In this document: positions 37,033 to 45,800 of the stretch, one piece after another
How positions within the stretch are numbered: the first letter of the stretch is position 1
Layout of the letters: the number at the start of each line of letters is the position of its first letter
Origin: a virus
Reading direction: 5' to 3' (one strand)
DNA length: 63,437 nucleotides
IMG/VR virus record: IMGVR_UViG_3300033407_000011
Span: 1 to 63,437 of that record
The notes under the pieces: model-generated
What the model saw: only the letters and a program-made list of their open reading frames with translations
Databases searched by the model: none
Told to the model about the DNA's origin: nothing
Made by a program: the position numbers and the translations under genes

Positions 37033-37253
37033 TGACTAGGGTGAACTATGCCGACAATATGTATTACACGTTCACGGTGCAGATCGCCCGCCAGACCGAG
37101 AAGGCCATTATTATTGAAAACCTGGGCAAGCGGCGCGTGGTTATTCCCAAGTCATTGATACGCTATGCAGACCGGTGGGATAACGTCCAGGACGGTCAGG
37201 AAGTCAAAATCGAACTGCAACTCTGGAAAGCACGGGAGCAATATCTGGTATGA
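37032..37253 (+). CDS. hypothetical small protein
   Basis: ATG at 37032 overlaps the previous TGA (the listed start is TTG at 37029). Confidence 0.5.
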   Translation: MTRVNYADNMYYTFTVQIARQTEKAIIIENLGKRRVVIPKSLIRYADRWDNVQDGQEVKIELQLWKAREQYLV

Positions 37254-37552
37254 GGAAAGCATCTATAAGGGTCACGGTAGATTATGACCTTGGTGAATCT
37301 CAAACAATTTGTAAGGAAATTGAGCCTTTCCATATAGAGAAGTTTGCACCGATTGACGTGTGTGATGATGATACTTTTATTCTATTCCCAGACACTGTTA
37401 GTGAGGCACAAGCACAGATTATTAATGTAGAGCGTAAAGGCTTTGCCAATGATTTATCCAAGGAAATAAGCAATGCTTTATATGAATTAATGACCATAAA
37501 TGATACTAAAAATGGTTACAAAGAGAGATCCAATGACCAAGAAAAAAGTTAA
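37250..37552 (+). CDS. hypothetical acidic protein
   Basis: 100 aa. ATGA-coupled. Confidence 0.55.
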   Translation: MRKASIRVTVDYDLGESQTICKEIEPFHIEKFAPIDVCDDDTFILFPDTVSEAQAQIINVERKGFANDLSKEISNALYELMTINDTKNGYKERSNDQEKS

Positions 37553-38588
37553 ACCGTTTTCACAAAACCTGATTGCTATCAAGGCCGAACCCGCCCTGAT
37601 GCAGATCAATTTCGATGAATTAAAGGAAGCACTGGCCACCGAACTCCAGAAGTACGATATCACAGTCACCCTGGACACGGTAAAGGATGCCAAGGCACTG
37701 GCCACCGAACTGAACAAGACGGCCAGCGTCATTGACCAACGCCGCAAGGAGGCCGTAGCGCAGGTATCCGAGCCCATCAAGACATTCGACGCCCAGATGA
37801 AGGAACTGGTGACCATGTGCAAGGATGGCCGGGAGAAGATCAACAGCCAGGTCAAACAATTTGAAGACGAGACACGCGAACGCGCCAGGATCCTGTTAAT
37901 GGAATACCGGGATGAACTCTGGGAACTCCAGGACATACATCTGGATTACCGGAATGCGGATATCCATGATTTGGTGCTGCTGACCAGCCTGACTGACAAA
38001 GGCAACCTGACCGCTGGCGCCAAGGCCGCCGTTGAACAGCGCGTCCGGAATAATCGCTATAAGCAGGACAAGGTAAACATGCGCCTGCTGCAACTGGAAA
38101 ATGCCTGTTACAAGGCGGGTATGACCACGCCGCTGACCCAGGAACACGTTAAAGCCTTTTTGCTGGCAGAAGATGAAGACTATAACCGGTCTCTGGAACG
38201 CCTGATTGCCAGTGAATTACGGCGACAGGAAGAAGCTGAAATCAAAATGCGTGAGAAGCTCGAGAAAGAACGTCTGCAACAGGAACAACAACACCAGAAG
38301 GAATTTCAGCAGAAGGCCGAACAAGAGATAAGGTCTGATACGTTATTGCCTCAACAGGCACCATTGGGCAAGCCGCCAGAGACAAAAAAGAAACCAACAC
38401 CAGCCGCTGAACCGGAACCAGAAAAAGCCCCGCCAGGCAAGGTGGCTTTGACCGTCGTAGCGACGTTTGAAGTCGCTGTCCCGCCCACCGTGACGGATGA
38501 AGCGGTCATCAGTAAATTACGCGAGAAGCTGGAACAAGCCGGGATTACCAGTTTGAAGTCTATCGTGGTGGATACCATCAGGAATTAA
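37533..38588 (+). CDS. DUF1351-like protein (recombination-module associated)
   Basis: The start is ambiguous (37500, 37512 or 37533). INFDELKEALATELQKYDITVTLDTVKDAKALATELNK fits my recollection of DUF1351. The C-terminal half is a coiled-coil. Confidence 0.5.
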   Translation: MTKKKVKPFSQNLIAIKAEPALMQINFDELKEALATELQKYDITVTLDTVKDAKALATELNKTASVIDQRRKEAVAQVSEPIKTFDAQMKELVTMCKDGREKINSQVKQFEDETRERARILLMEYRDELWELQDIHLDYRNADIHDLVLLTSLTDKGNLTAGAKAAVEQRVRNNRYKQDKVNMRLLQLENACYKAGMTTPLTQEHVKAFLLAEDEDYNRSLERLIASELRRQEEAEIKMREKLEKERLQQEQQHQKEFQQKAEQEIRSDTLLPQQAPLGKPPETKKKPTPAAEPEPEKAPPGKVALTVVATFEVAVPPTVTDEAVISKLREKLEQAGITSLKSIVVDTIRN

Positions 38589-38589
38589 T

Positions 38590-39570
38590 ATGCTTGCTCT
38601 TGATTTTGACGAACCGGTAAAGGTAAAAATAGCGGAACCCAAACCCGCCGAGCCGGAAGTCCAGTTGATCAAGCCGGACGAGGTTCGCTGGCTGGGTGTA
38701 TATGACAATCTGGACTTTGCCACCTATCAGCGTGCGCCCGGGATCAACAACAGTGGCCTCAAGACCTTTCACCGCTCCCCTGCGCATTACATCACTGAGA
38801 AATACCACCCGCAGCCGGAGACACGCGCCAAGAAGGTAGGGCACGCCCTGCATTGTCTGGTGTGTGAGCCGGAGAAATTCAGGCAACTCTATATTGCCGC
38901 CAAGTACAAGAGTTACCGCACCGACGAGGCCAAAGCCTGGCTGCAGGCCGCCGAGGAGGCGGGCTTCTTTGTCCTGCGCACCAGTACCGAGTCTGATCCG
39001 TTCTGGAATCCACCGGAATGGGATCTGGTGCATCGCATGGCCGACAGCCTGCTGAACAATCCGGTGGCGGCTCTCTTGTTACAAGGGTATTTCGAGCGAT
39101 CCATCTTCTGGGTAGATAAGGGCGATAACCGGCATGAGGGCACGTACAAACTGTGCAAGATGCGGGCGGACATTTATAACCAGGATCACCGGATGCTGGT
39201 GGATTTGAAGTCCGCAGAGGATGCGAGTTACGAAGGGTTCCGCCGCGCTGTTCACAGTTGGGATTATCACCGGCAGGAGCCGTATTATTTGATGGGGGCA
39301 ACCTCAGAGGAAGCCGTCAAGGCAGGCATGGACGTGAAAAACGGGTTTATTTTTATTGTGGTGGAGAAACAACCGCCGTGGGCAGTGGCTGGTTACAAGC
39401 TGGATCCTGAATGGGTCCGGGTAGGCCGGGAAATCATCCACCGCGACCTGCAGGGATATAAACAATGCCATGATGCCAATGAGTGGCCATGTTATGGCTG
39501 GCAGGGCGGCGAAGTATTCACACGCGATCTGGTGATGCCAGGTTACGCCAATTTTCAACGAGTGTTTTAG
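38590..39570 (+). CDS. PD-(D/E)xK exonuclease (RecE/DUF3799-like)
   Basis: 326 aa. KVGHALHCLVCEPEKF and CKMRADIYNQDHRMLVDLKSAEDASYEGFRRAVHSWDYHRQEPYY carry the D...D/ExK core. Confidence 0.65.
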   Translation: MLALDFDEPVKVKIAEPKPAEPEVQLIKPDEVRWLGVYDNLDFATYQRAPGINNSGLKTFHRSPAHYITEKYHPQPETRAKKVGHALHCLVCEPEKFRQLYIAAKYKSYRTDEAKAWLQAAEEAGFFVLRTSTESDPFWNPPEWDLVHRMADSLLNNPVAALLLQGYFERSIFWVDKGDNRHEGTYKLCKMRADIYNQDHRMLVDLKSAEDASYEGFRRAVHSWDYHRQEPYYLMGATSEEAVKAGMDVKNGFIFIVVEKQPPWAVAGYKLDPEWVRVGREIIHRDLQGYKQCHDANEWPCYGWQGGEVFTRDLVMPGYANFQRVF

Positions 39571-39579
39571 GAGACAATC

Positions 39580-40698
39580 ATGCAAGACGAAGAAATTAGC
39601 AACATAGCCGACAGTCGGGCATTGGCCACGGTCATCAAGGCCGAGATCGACACACAAATCAGCACAGCCAAAGCCTACCCGCGATCCGTAAAACAATTTA
39701 TTGATGAGGCCAGCGAACTGGCAACCATGGATATCGACATTGCCGCCGAATGCTTTTATGTGCTTCCCGCCCGTGGCGAGAACAAGAAACCCATTGAAGG
39801 ACCCAGTTCCCGGCTGGCGGAAATCGTCCAGTCCTGCTGGGGCAACTGCCGCAGTGGTGCCCGGATCATCGGCGAAGAACAGGACTTCATCATCGCCCAG
39901 GGCGTGTTCCATGATCTGGAGCGCAATTCCTACACCAGTTATGAAGTCCGGCGCCGAATTACTAACAAGGAAGGCAGACGCTACAGTGGCGACATGATCG
40001 CCACCACCGGTAATGCGGCCTGCTCTATTGCCCTGCGTAACGCCGTATTCAAGGGCGTGCCCAAAGCCTTCTGGCGCCTGATTTATCAACGCGCACGGTC
40101 TGCTGCGGTAGGCGATCTGAAAACTATCACCGAACGCCGTGAAAAGGTGATGCAATACTGGGAGAACCTCGGTATCACCCGGGAGCAGATCTTCCGTACC
40201 CTGGACGTGGCTGGTCTGGAGGACGTAGGCCAGGATGAATTGCTGAAATTGCGCGGGATTGCCAATGCGATTAATGAAGGTGACACCACGCCGGAACAAG
40301 CCTTTGCGGATACGGATTCAGAGACGAACCCGGCGCAGTCCAAGGAAACCGAGGCGCTCAATAAGGAGTTGAAGGAGAAGGCCACCAAGAAAGCGGGCAA
40401 GAAACCCACCGGCAAAAAGGGTAAAGCCAAGACAGAACCGGACCAGGGCGTTGATAACCCGCCACCCACTCTCCAGCCGGACACCACCACGATGACCAAG
40501 GTGGATGTGTTCGCCAAGGTCAAGCTGATCGAGAACAAGCTGGCCAAGGCCAAGACGCCAAAAGACTATCAGGAAATCACGGATCTGCTGGATGAAGTGC
40601 TGGATCTTGGCCGTGAAGTCCTGACCGAGCCGGCAGACAAGGAAAAACTGGCACTGGCCGTGGATGGCGTTAAGGCGGCATTGCCTGAGAACGAGTGA
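39580..40698 (+). CDS. single-strand annealing protein (putative recombinase) with a K/E-rich tail
   Basis: 372 aa, directly downstream of the exonuclease, with RBS TAGGAGA. The family was not assigned by eye. Confidence 0.45.
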   Translation: MQDEEISNIADSRALATVIKAEIDTQISTAKAYPRSVKQFIDEASELATMDIDIAAECFYVLPARGENKKPIEGPSSRLAEIVQSCWGNCRSGARIIGEEQDFIIAQGVFHDLERNSYTSYEVRRRITNKEGRRYSGDMIATTGNAACSIALRNAVFKGVPKAFWRLIYQRARSAAVGDLKTITERREKVMQYWENLGITREQIFRTLDVAGLEDVGQDELLKLRGIANAINEGDTTPEQAFADTDSETNPAQSKETEALNKELKEKATKKAGKKPTGKKGKAKTEPDQGVDNPPPTLQPDTTTMTKVDVFAKVKLIENKLAKAKTPKDYQEITDLLDEVLDLGREVLTEPADKEKLALAVDGVKAALPENE

Positions 40699-40753
40699 AT
40701 TTTTACTCCCAAGCTGTGGGGGAATGTCCACAGCAACGAAAGAGGATATACCC

Positions 40754-41155
40754 ATGAGTGGATTGAGATCTTTTGTACAAATCCTTGGCAACTTGCGGCG
40801 CGGTCGTACCGAGTCCGAGTTGTCCGAGGCGCTGAGCAAACTGGTCGGCACCGTCCAGGAAACCGGTAAAGCCGGTCAACTGGTGCTGACCATTGATGTT
40901 CGGCGCATGAAAGGGGCGGCAGCGCATGTATTGCAGATTGCCGACAATATCAAGGTAAAGATGCCGGAACGCGACCGCGACGCTTCCATGTTCTTTGCCG
41001 ACGATGAAAACAACCTGCACCGTCAGGATCCGCGTCAGTATGATCTGATCCCGGAAGATGCGGACAAGACCAACGTCAAGGAGTTAGCGCAAAGCGTGCG
41101 GCCCAGATCATCAGGCTCCATGCCAATCGCGCTGGCCAGTTCATTGAATGCGTAA
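40754..41155 (+). CDS. hypothetical protein whose last 20 codons come from the right inverted repeat
   Basis: ATG at 40754 follows AAAGAGGA. The C-terminus SVRPRSSGSMPIALASSLNA is the antisense reading of the 35967..36025 sequence. Confidence 0.5.
   Translation: MSGLRSFVQILGNLRRGRTESELSEALSKLVGTVQETGKAGQLVLTIDVRRMKGAAAHVLQIADNIKVKMPERDRDASMFFADDENNLHRQDPRQYDLIPEDADKTNVKELAQSVRPRSSGSMPIALASSLNA
41093..41151. repeat. right arm of the perfect 59-bp inverted repeat
   Basis: Exact reverse complement of 35967..36025. It includes the ATG (41148) of the next gene. Confidence 0.95.
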
Positions 41156-41996
41156 ATACTACGACGAAGACGGCCATGAAGTGGTCGCACTGGCCGAACA
41201 GTTCATCGCGGAACTGGCCGCCAAAGGCATTCAGCCACACGTCATTGACAGCATCGAGCAGTTGGCAGCACCGTTGCTGGCTGTGCAGGAAGGTGTGAAG
41301 CTGGAAAGTCTGGAGCAGTATCTGCCACAACCGGTGCGGGTGAAGCAAACCCATATTCTCACCGCTGAAAAGAGTTTCATCGAGTACCTCAACCGGTTTA
41401 AAAACAGCGACAGCATTGTGATCGCACAACCGCAAGAACACACTTTCGGCTGCATTCTGGATTATCACGCAGCAGAAAGTTCACCGTCTGGCAAGCAGGT
41501 TACCCCGGCTTGGTGCGATCATACGTGCGTGCTTAAACTGGAACTCTCGAATGAATGGGACACTTGGCTGAAAATGAATAAACAGCCTTTCCAGCAAGCG
41601 GCGTTGTGCGACTTCATCCAGGAAAATGGGCCGGACTTTCTGCACCCGACTCACGCCGACATGCTGGAACTGGTGCAGAGGTTTGATGCCACCCAGGATG
41701 TCAGCTTCAAGTCCGCCATGCGTATGGAATCCGGCGATGTTGAATTGCGATATGAAACCAAGACCGCTGTACATGGGACTGTGCAAATACCGCAACAGTT
41801 TGAAATCAATATCCCGGTGTTCCAGCATGACAATGAGCGGGTGCCACTGAAAGCGTGGTTCCGGTACACCATCCGGGAAGGAGTGTTGATAATGCGCTAC
41901 AAGCTGCACCGCCCCGACAAGGTATTTGATAATGCCTTTGAAGCGGTGTGTGAAAACATCAAGGAAGAAACCGTATTGCCGGTGTATATCGCGTAA
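41148..41996 (+). CDS. DUF2303 (YfdQ-like) protein
   Basis: 282 aa. The overall pattern (SFIEYLNRFKN...CILDYH...WCDHTCVLKLELSNEW...) fits my recollection of the YfdQ family. Confidence 0.55.
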   Translation: MRKYYDEDGHEVVALAEQFIAELAAKGIQPHVIDSIEQLAAPLLAVQEGVKLESLEQYLPQPVRVKQTHILTAEKSFIEYLNRFKNSDSIVIAQPQEHTFGCILDYHAAESSPSGKQVTPAWCDHTCVLKLELSNEWDTWLKMNKQPFQQAALCDFIQENGPDFLHPTHADMLELVQRFDATQDVSFKSAMRMESGDVELRYETKTAVHGTVQIPQQFEINIPVFQHDNERVPLKAWFRYTIREGVLIMRYKLHRPDKVFDNAFEAVCENIKEETVLPVYIA

Positions 41997-42009
41997 CCAG
42001 CAGCATATT

Positions 42010-42041
42010 ACCCGCCCCACTCTCACTGAGGCGGGTCTTTT
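42010..42041 (+). terminator. candidate rho-independent terminator
   Basis: ACCCGCC (42010..42016) and GGCGGGT (42030..42036) form a 7-bp stem with a 13-nt loop, followed by CTTTT. Confidence 0.45.
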
Positions 42042-42051
42042 AAGGTGACTT

Positions 42052-42519
42052 ATGAGCAGACACAGAAAGAAAAAAAACAACTTGCACACTGAACAGTCGC
42101 AAAACGCTATCAAGCAGAATTTTCAATGGCCCACCTATCTGGTGGAATTGCCGCCCGAGAGTTGGAAAGACGAGAAAGCGCCGCCCAACCTGATCCGGGT
42201 ATTACGCTCCCGGAAATATCTGGTGCAGATCAATGAAATTACACCGGATAAATTATTAATGATGGGGATCAGTCGTATAGCCAACTTTAAGATTGACGCA
42301 AAGCTGGTGGATCACATTACCTGGCCGGAACTGCAAACCCTCAAGCGCGAGGCTGGCTATCACGATAAATGCGCCGTGGAAATTTACCCGCCAGACGGGT
42401 ATATCGCTGACACGGGCGCCCGGCATCTGTGGATTTACCTGCAAGGCGTGCCTTATTTCATGTTCGGGAAAGAGCAGTATATTGCCGATCAGCCAAAGAT
42501 TATTTTGCCGGGGGCGTAA
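42052..42519 (+). CDS. hypothetical protein
   Basis: 155 aa with a basic N-terminus and RBS AAGGTGA. Confidence 0.6.
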   Translation: MSRHRKKKNNLHTEQSQNAIKQNFQWPTYLVELPPESWKDEKAPPNLIRVLRSRKYLVQINEITPDKLLMMGISRIANFKIDAKLVDHITWPELQTLKREAGYHDKCAVEIYPPDGYIADTGARHLWIYLQGVPYFMFGKEQYIADQPKIILPGA

Positions 42520-42522
42520 GGA

Positions 42523-43293
42523 ATGACTATCGAATTACGCCATGGCCGCTATCAGGATGTGATGCACGATGTTATGTGTGATCACCTGATTACCGACCCG
42601 CCATTTTCCGAGCGGACTCACAGCGGCCAGCGTCACGGCAGGAAGGATCCGCGATATACCAAGGACAAATCTACCATCCTGTCCGCAAAAGGACTGCCGT
42701 ATGAACCGTGGACAGCCAAGGAGATTATCGAGTGTGTCCACTTCTGGCATGAGCGCACCCAAGGCTGGATGTGCATATTCACTTCACACGATCTGATTCC
42801 ACTGTACAGCAAGGTAATGAAACGGGCAGGCCGTTATGTCTTTGCGCCCATTCCCTGTATCCAAATGTACCGCAATGTCAGGCTGGCGGGCGATGGTCCG
42901 GCGAACTGGACAGATTACCTGGTCGTATCCAGGCCACGCACCATGCGGTTCTGGCGGGCGCTACCCGGTGTATATATTGGTGCTTCCCATGACCCCGGCG
43001 AGAATGCACTGGATCGCAGCAAACGCGCAGTGCCGGGCGGCAAACCCGTCTGGTTGATGCAACAGATTATCGAGGATTATTCAGATGGCAGCGACTTGAT
43101 TGCAGATTGTTGTGTTGGCGGTGGTTCTACATTAATCGCGGCAGCCTCACTGGAACGCCATGCCATTGGCGCCGAGAAAACCGCAAAGACCTATAAAAAA
43201 GCACTGCACAATATTTCCAAATTCAAGGCGGTTCCTCTGGAGTTGCAGGAAACCGGCCATATTCAGGATTTATATACCAATGCCAGCCTTTAA
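42523..43293 (+). CDS. DNA N6-adenine / N4-cytosine methyltransferase (beta-class motif order)
   Basis: LITDPPFS (motif IV) lies near the N-terminus. DLIADCCVGGGSTLIAAASLERHAIGAE (motif I) lies near the C-terminus. Confidence 0.75.
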   Translation: MTIELRHGRYQDVMHDVMCDHLITDPPFSERTHSGQRHGRKDPRYTKDKSTILSAKGLPYEPWTAKEIIECVHFWHERTQGWMCIFTSHDLIPLYSKVMKRAGRYVFAPIPCIQMYRNVRLAGDGPANWTDYLVVSRPRTMRFWRALPGVYIGASHDPGENALDRSKRAVPGGKPVWLMQQIIEDYSDGSDLIADCCVGGGSTLIAAASLERHAIGAEKTAKTYKKALHNISKFKAVPLELQETGHIQDLYTNASL

Positions 43294-43684
43294 CTATAAA
43301 AAACAGTTTGCTGAACTGGTGGCTACTGGCCGGAAGCGCCAGACCATACGCGCCATGCGCAAACGGCCTATCAAAGTGGGAGACAAGCTGTATCACTTCA
43401 CTGGGATGCGCACGAAGCAGTGCAGTCAATTATTACCGGAGCCAACTATATGCGTCTCAGTATGGACAATCTGGATTTATAAAAACAGTGCGGTGTATGT
43501 TGGTTATGGCGGCAAGTGAATAAGATTGCGCCCACTACTTGGTTACAATGCCATGTTGGGACTGCCTGCTGCACTTATTAATGCCATCACAGCGATGGAT
43601 GGTTTCGATTCATCACAGGCATTAATTGATTTTATCAAAAAAGAACATGGCCTCCCTTTCAAGGGGCAGGTGATCCGATGGTAG
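43280..43684 (+). pseudogene. ASCH-domain gene interrupted by one in-frame TGA (43517..43519)
   Basis: MPAFNYKKQFAELVATGRKRQTIRAMRKRPIKVGDKLY is an ASCH N-terminus. After the TGA the same frame continues ...AITAMDGFDSSQALIDFIKKEHGLPFKGQVIRW, an ASCH C-terminus. Confidence 0.6.
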
Positions 43685-44229
43685 ACGATTCAATGGTACA
43701 GAGCGCGGTGGCGCCGGAGCTTGGGAGCCACAGGGGGCATTCACACCCGAAGATAGACGCACACCCTGCCCGCGCTTCTGTACCTCCAGTTTGTCCGTAT
43801 TGCAACACCAATGCTGTGTTACTGGATCCAACGCCTGCCGAGGCTGGTGATTTGGCAGCTTATCCCTATAAAAAATATTATGGCCCGTTGTGGGTGTGCA
43901 GCCATTATCCAACTTGCAATGCGTATGTGGGTTGTCACCCTGGCACCACCATGGCCCTGGGCCGGCTGGCGGACAAGGAACTGCGGCTATTGAAATCACA
44001 AGTCCACGCCGTATTTGACCCGCTTTGGATGTATGAACATGCCATTCGCAAACGCCGTTATAGGCGTCGTGGCAACATGAAAAATATCATCCGCAATAAA
44101 TGGTATGAATGGCTGGCAGGGAAACTTGGGATCCCGGTAGAACAGTGCCATATCGGCATGTTTGATAACGACACCTGCCAGCGTGCCATTGAGATCTGTA
44201 AAAACCACAGAGGAAAGAGAACATGTTGA
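43678..44229 (+). CDS. DUF3268-like zinc-finger protein
   Basis: CPYCNTNAVLL...WVCSHYPTCNAYVGCHPGTTMALGRLADKELRLLKSQVHAVFDPLW matches my recollection of the DUF3268 pattern. Confidence 0.55.
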   Translation: MVDDSMVQSAVAPELGSHRGHSHPKIDAHPARASVPPVCPYCNTNAVLLDPTPAEAGDLAAYPYKKYYGPLWVCSHYPTCNAYVGCHPGTTMALGRLADKELRLLKSQVHAVFDPLWMYEHAIRKRRYRRRGNMKNIIRNKWYEWLAGKLGIPVEQCHIGMFDNDTCQRAIEICKNHRGKRTC

Positions 44230-44543
44230 TACTCAGCAGACGCGAAAATGAGAGTATTACGATTGGTGACAATATCACTGTCACGGTAACCAAGATCGCC
44301 CGCGACAATGTTGAAATGGTGATTACCGAGAATGGTAATCGTCACGTCGTTAATCGTGGCGTGAATGAAGTCGTGCCATTGACGGACGATATCCATATTC
44401 AGGTTACCAAGATTGTTTTCAATCAGGTGAAAATCGGGATTGATGCGCCCAAAAAGGTCCCGGTACACCGGGAAGAATTCAGGGATCGACTGATTAAAAG
44501 CGGTGAAGGTAATATCAGTTTGGGCGGTCGGCATGGCAGATAA
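44223..44543 (+). CDS. CsrA/RsmA-like RNA-binding protein with an internal partial duplication
   Basis: MLILSRRENESITIGDNITVTVTKIARDNVEMVI aligns to CsrA residues 1-34. VVPLTDDIHIQVTKIVFNQVKIGIDAPKKVPVHREEF aligns again to residues about 11-47. Confidence 0.7.
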   Translation: MLILSRRENESITIGDNITVTVTKIARDNVEMVITENGNRHVVNRGVNEVVPLTDDIHIQVTKIVFNQVKIGIDAPKKVPVHREEFRDRLIKSGEGNISLGGRHGR

Positions 44544-45630
44544 AAGCCGCATAGAATGGACAGAATCCACCTGGAACCCGGTCACTGGTTGCAGCAAGGT
44601 CAGCCATGGCTGCAAGAACTGTTATGCCGAACGTGACTGGGTGAGACTGTCCGCGCCACGCACACCACCGAATGTTTATACCGGACGTAAATTCACCGAT
44701 ATTATGTGCCACCCGGAACGTCTTGATCAGCCACTGCGCTGGACGAAACCGCGCATGATATTCGTCAACTCAATGTCTGATCTGTTCCATGAGAGTGTGC
44801 CGGATGAATTTATTGCGCAGGTATTTCAAATCATGGCGCAATGTATTGGTAAGCACATATTCCAGATACTCACAAAGCGCCCAGAGAGAATGATGAAATG
44901 GATCAATGCGTGTGGTAAATCAGAAACAGGTTACATAACTCACAACCGTCAGAATCCAAATGGATTCGATCCTGGCACTGGAATCATTGTGTCTTATCCA
45001 GAATACGAGCACTCGCACGGCTATACTAACTTTAAAAATGTTATCAGTGAAAACTGGCCGCTCCCCAACGTCTGGCTCGGTGTTAGCGTAGAAGATCAAA
45101 AGACTGCCGACGAACGTATCCCGCTGTTACTGCAAACGCCTGCTGCTGTCCGCTGGATCAGTGCAGAGCCGTTGCTGGGTGAAATTGATCTGACCGCGCT
45201 TGATCCGGACGGGGATAGTGAAATAAACGCATTGACTGGCCATACAGCCGGAGAGCAGGCCGAAGCATGGGGATGTAATATCTCCCGTTTCCATGACATA
45301 CCGCCATTGAACTGGGTGGTTTGTGGCGGCGAGTCCGGCCCACACGCACGACCATCACACCCGGACTGGTTCCGATCACTGCGCGATCAATGCAAGGCGG
45401 CGGGCGTGCCGTTTTTCTTTAAGCAATGGGGTGAATATTTACCATTTGAAGAACATGAAGAAAATATGATCAGGGATTGGAAATTAATGGATGCAAACGG
45501 AACAGTCGATATCCCTGATGGTCGCTGGCCTGATAGCGAATTGCGTGAAGTTGGAATTGAAAAACTCGGCAAAAAAGCCGCAGGCCGTCTGCTGGATGGG
45601 AAAGAACACAGCGAGTATCCCTATGGATAG
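44533..45630 (+). CDS. Gp37/Gp68-family (DUF5131) protein
   Basis: ATG at 44533. IEWTESTWNPVTGCSKVSHGCKNCYAE is the family signature. Confidence 0.7.
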   Translation: MADKSRIEWTESTWNPVTGCSKVSHGCKNCYAERDWVRLSAPRTPPNVYTGRKFTDIMCHPERLDQPLRWTKPRMIFVNSMSDLFHESVPDEFIAQVFQIMAQCIGKHIFQILTKRPERMMKWINACGKSETGYITHNRQNPNGFDPGTGIIVSYPEYEHSHGYTNFKNVISENWPLPNVWLGVSVEDQKTADERIPLLLQTPAAVRWISAEPLLGEIDLTALDPDGDSEINALTGHTAGEQAEAWGCNISRFHDIPPLNWVVCGGESGPHARPSHPDWFRSLRDQCKAAGVPFFFKQWGEYLPFEEHEENMIRDWKLMDANGTVDIPDGRWPDSELREVGIEKLGKKAAGRLLDGKEHSEYPYG

Positions 45631-45796
45631 AGTCCAGATTAACATGATTAAAGAAGCCCAGGACAACGAGAATATGCTGTCCGAGTGGGAGCATGACTTC
45701 ATCAACAGCTTGGCGGACAAGGATGAAGACTATACGCTGTCAGAGAAACAGAATGCTGTTTTATTGCGTATCAATAACAAAGTTATTACAGGATGA
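45623..45796 (+). CDS. hypothetical small acidic protein
   Basis: ATG at 45623 overlaps the previous stop, giving 57 aa. Confidence 0.45.
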   Translation: MDRVQINMIKEAQDNENMLSEWEHDFINSLADKDEDYTLSEKQNAVLLRINNKVITG

Positions 45797-45800
45797 TTGA

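Noticed and set aside
39304-40299. Long antisense ORFs opposite confident genes (for example 39304..40299 minus 331 aa, 12483..13253 plus 256 aa, 7255..8088 plus 277 aa, 3301..3972 plus 223 aa, 41481..42113 minus 210 aa)
   Set aside because: Their translations are low-complexity or R/G/P/H-rich with no motifs and no start context. Each lies wholly inside a longer ORF with recognisable protein features. They are shadow ORFs. The HNH gene at 56398..57090 is the one antisense ORF I accept, because it has a full catalytic motif.
43517-43519. Genome-wide reassignment of TGA as a sense codon
   Set aside because: TGA terminates many well-supported genes here, often in ATGA or TGATG overlaps (for example 14471, 19415, 27056, 62977). 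Only the single ASCH case is anomalous.
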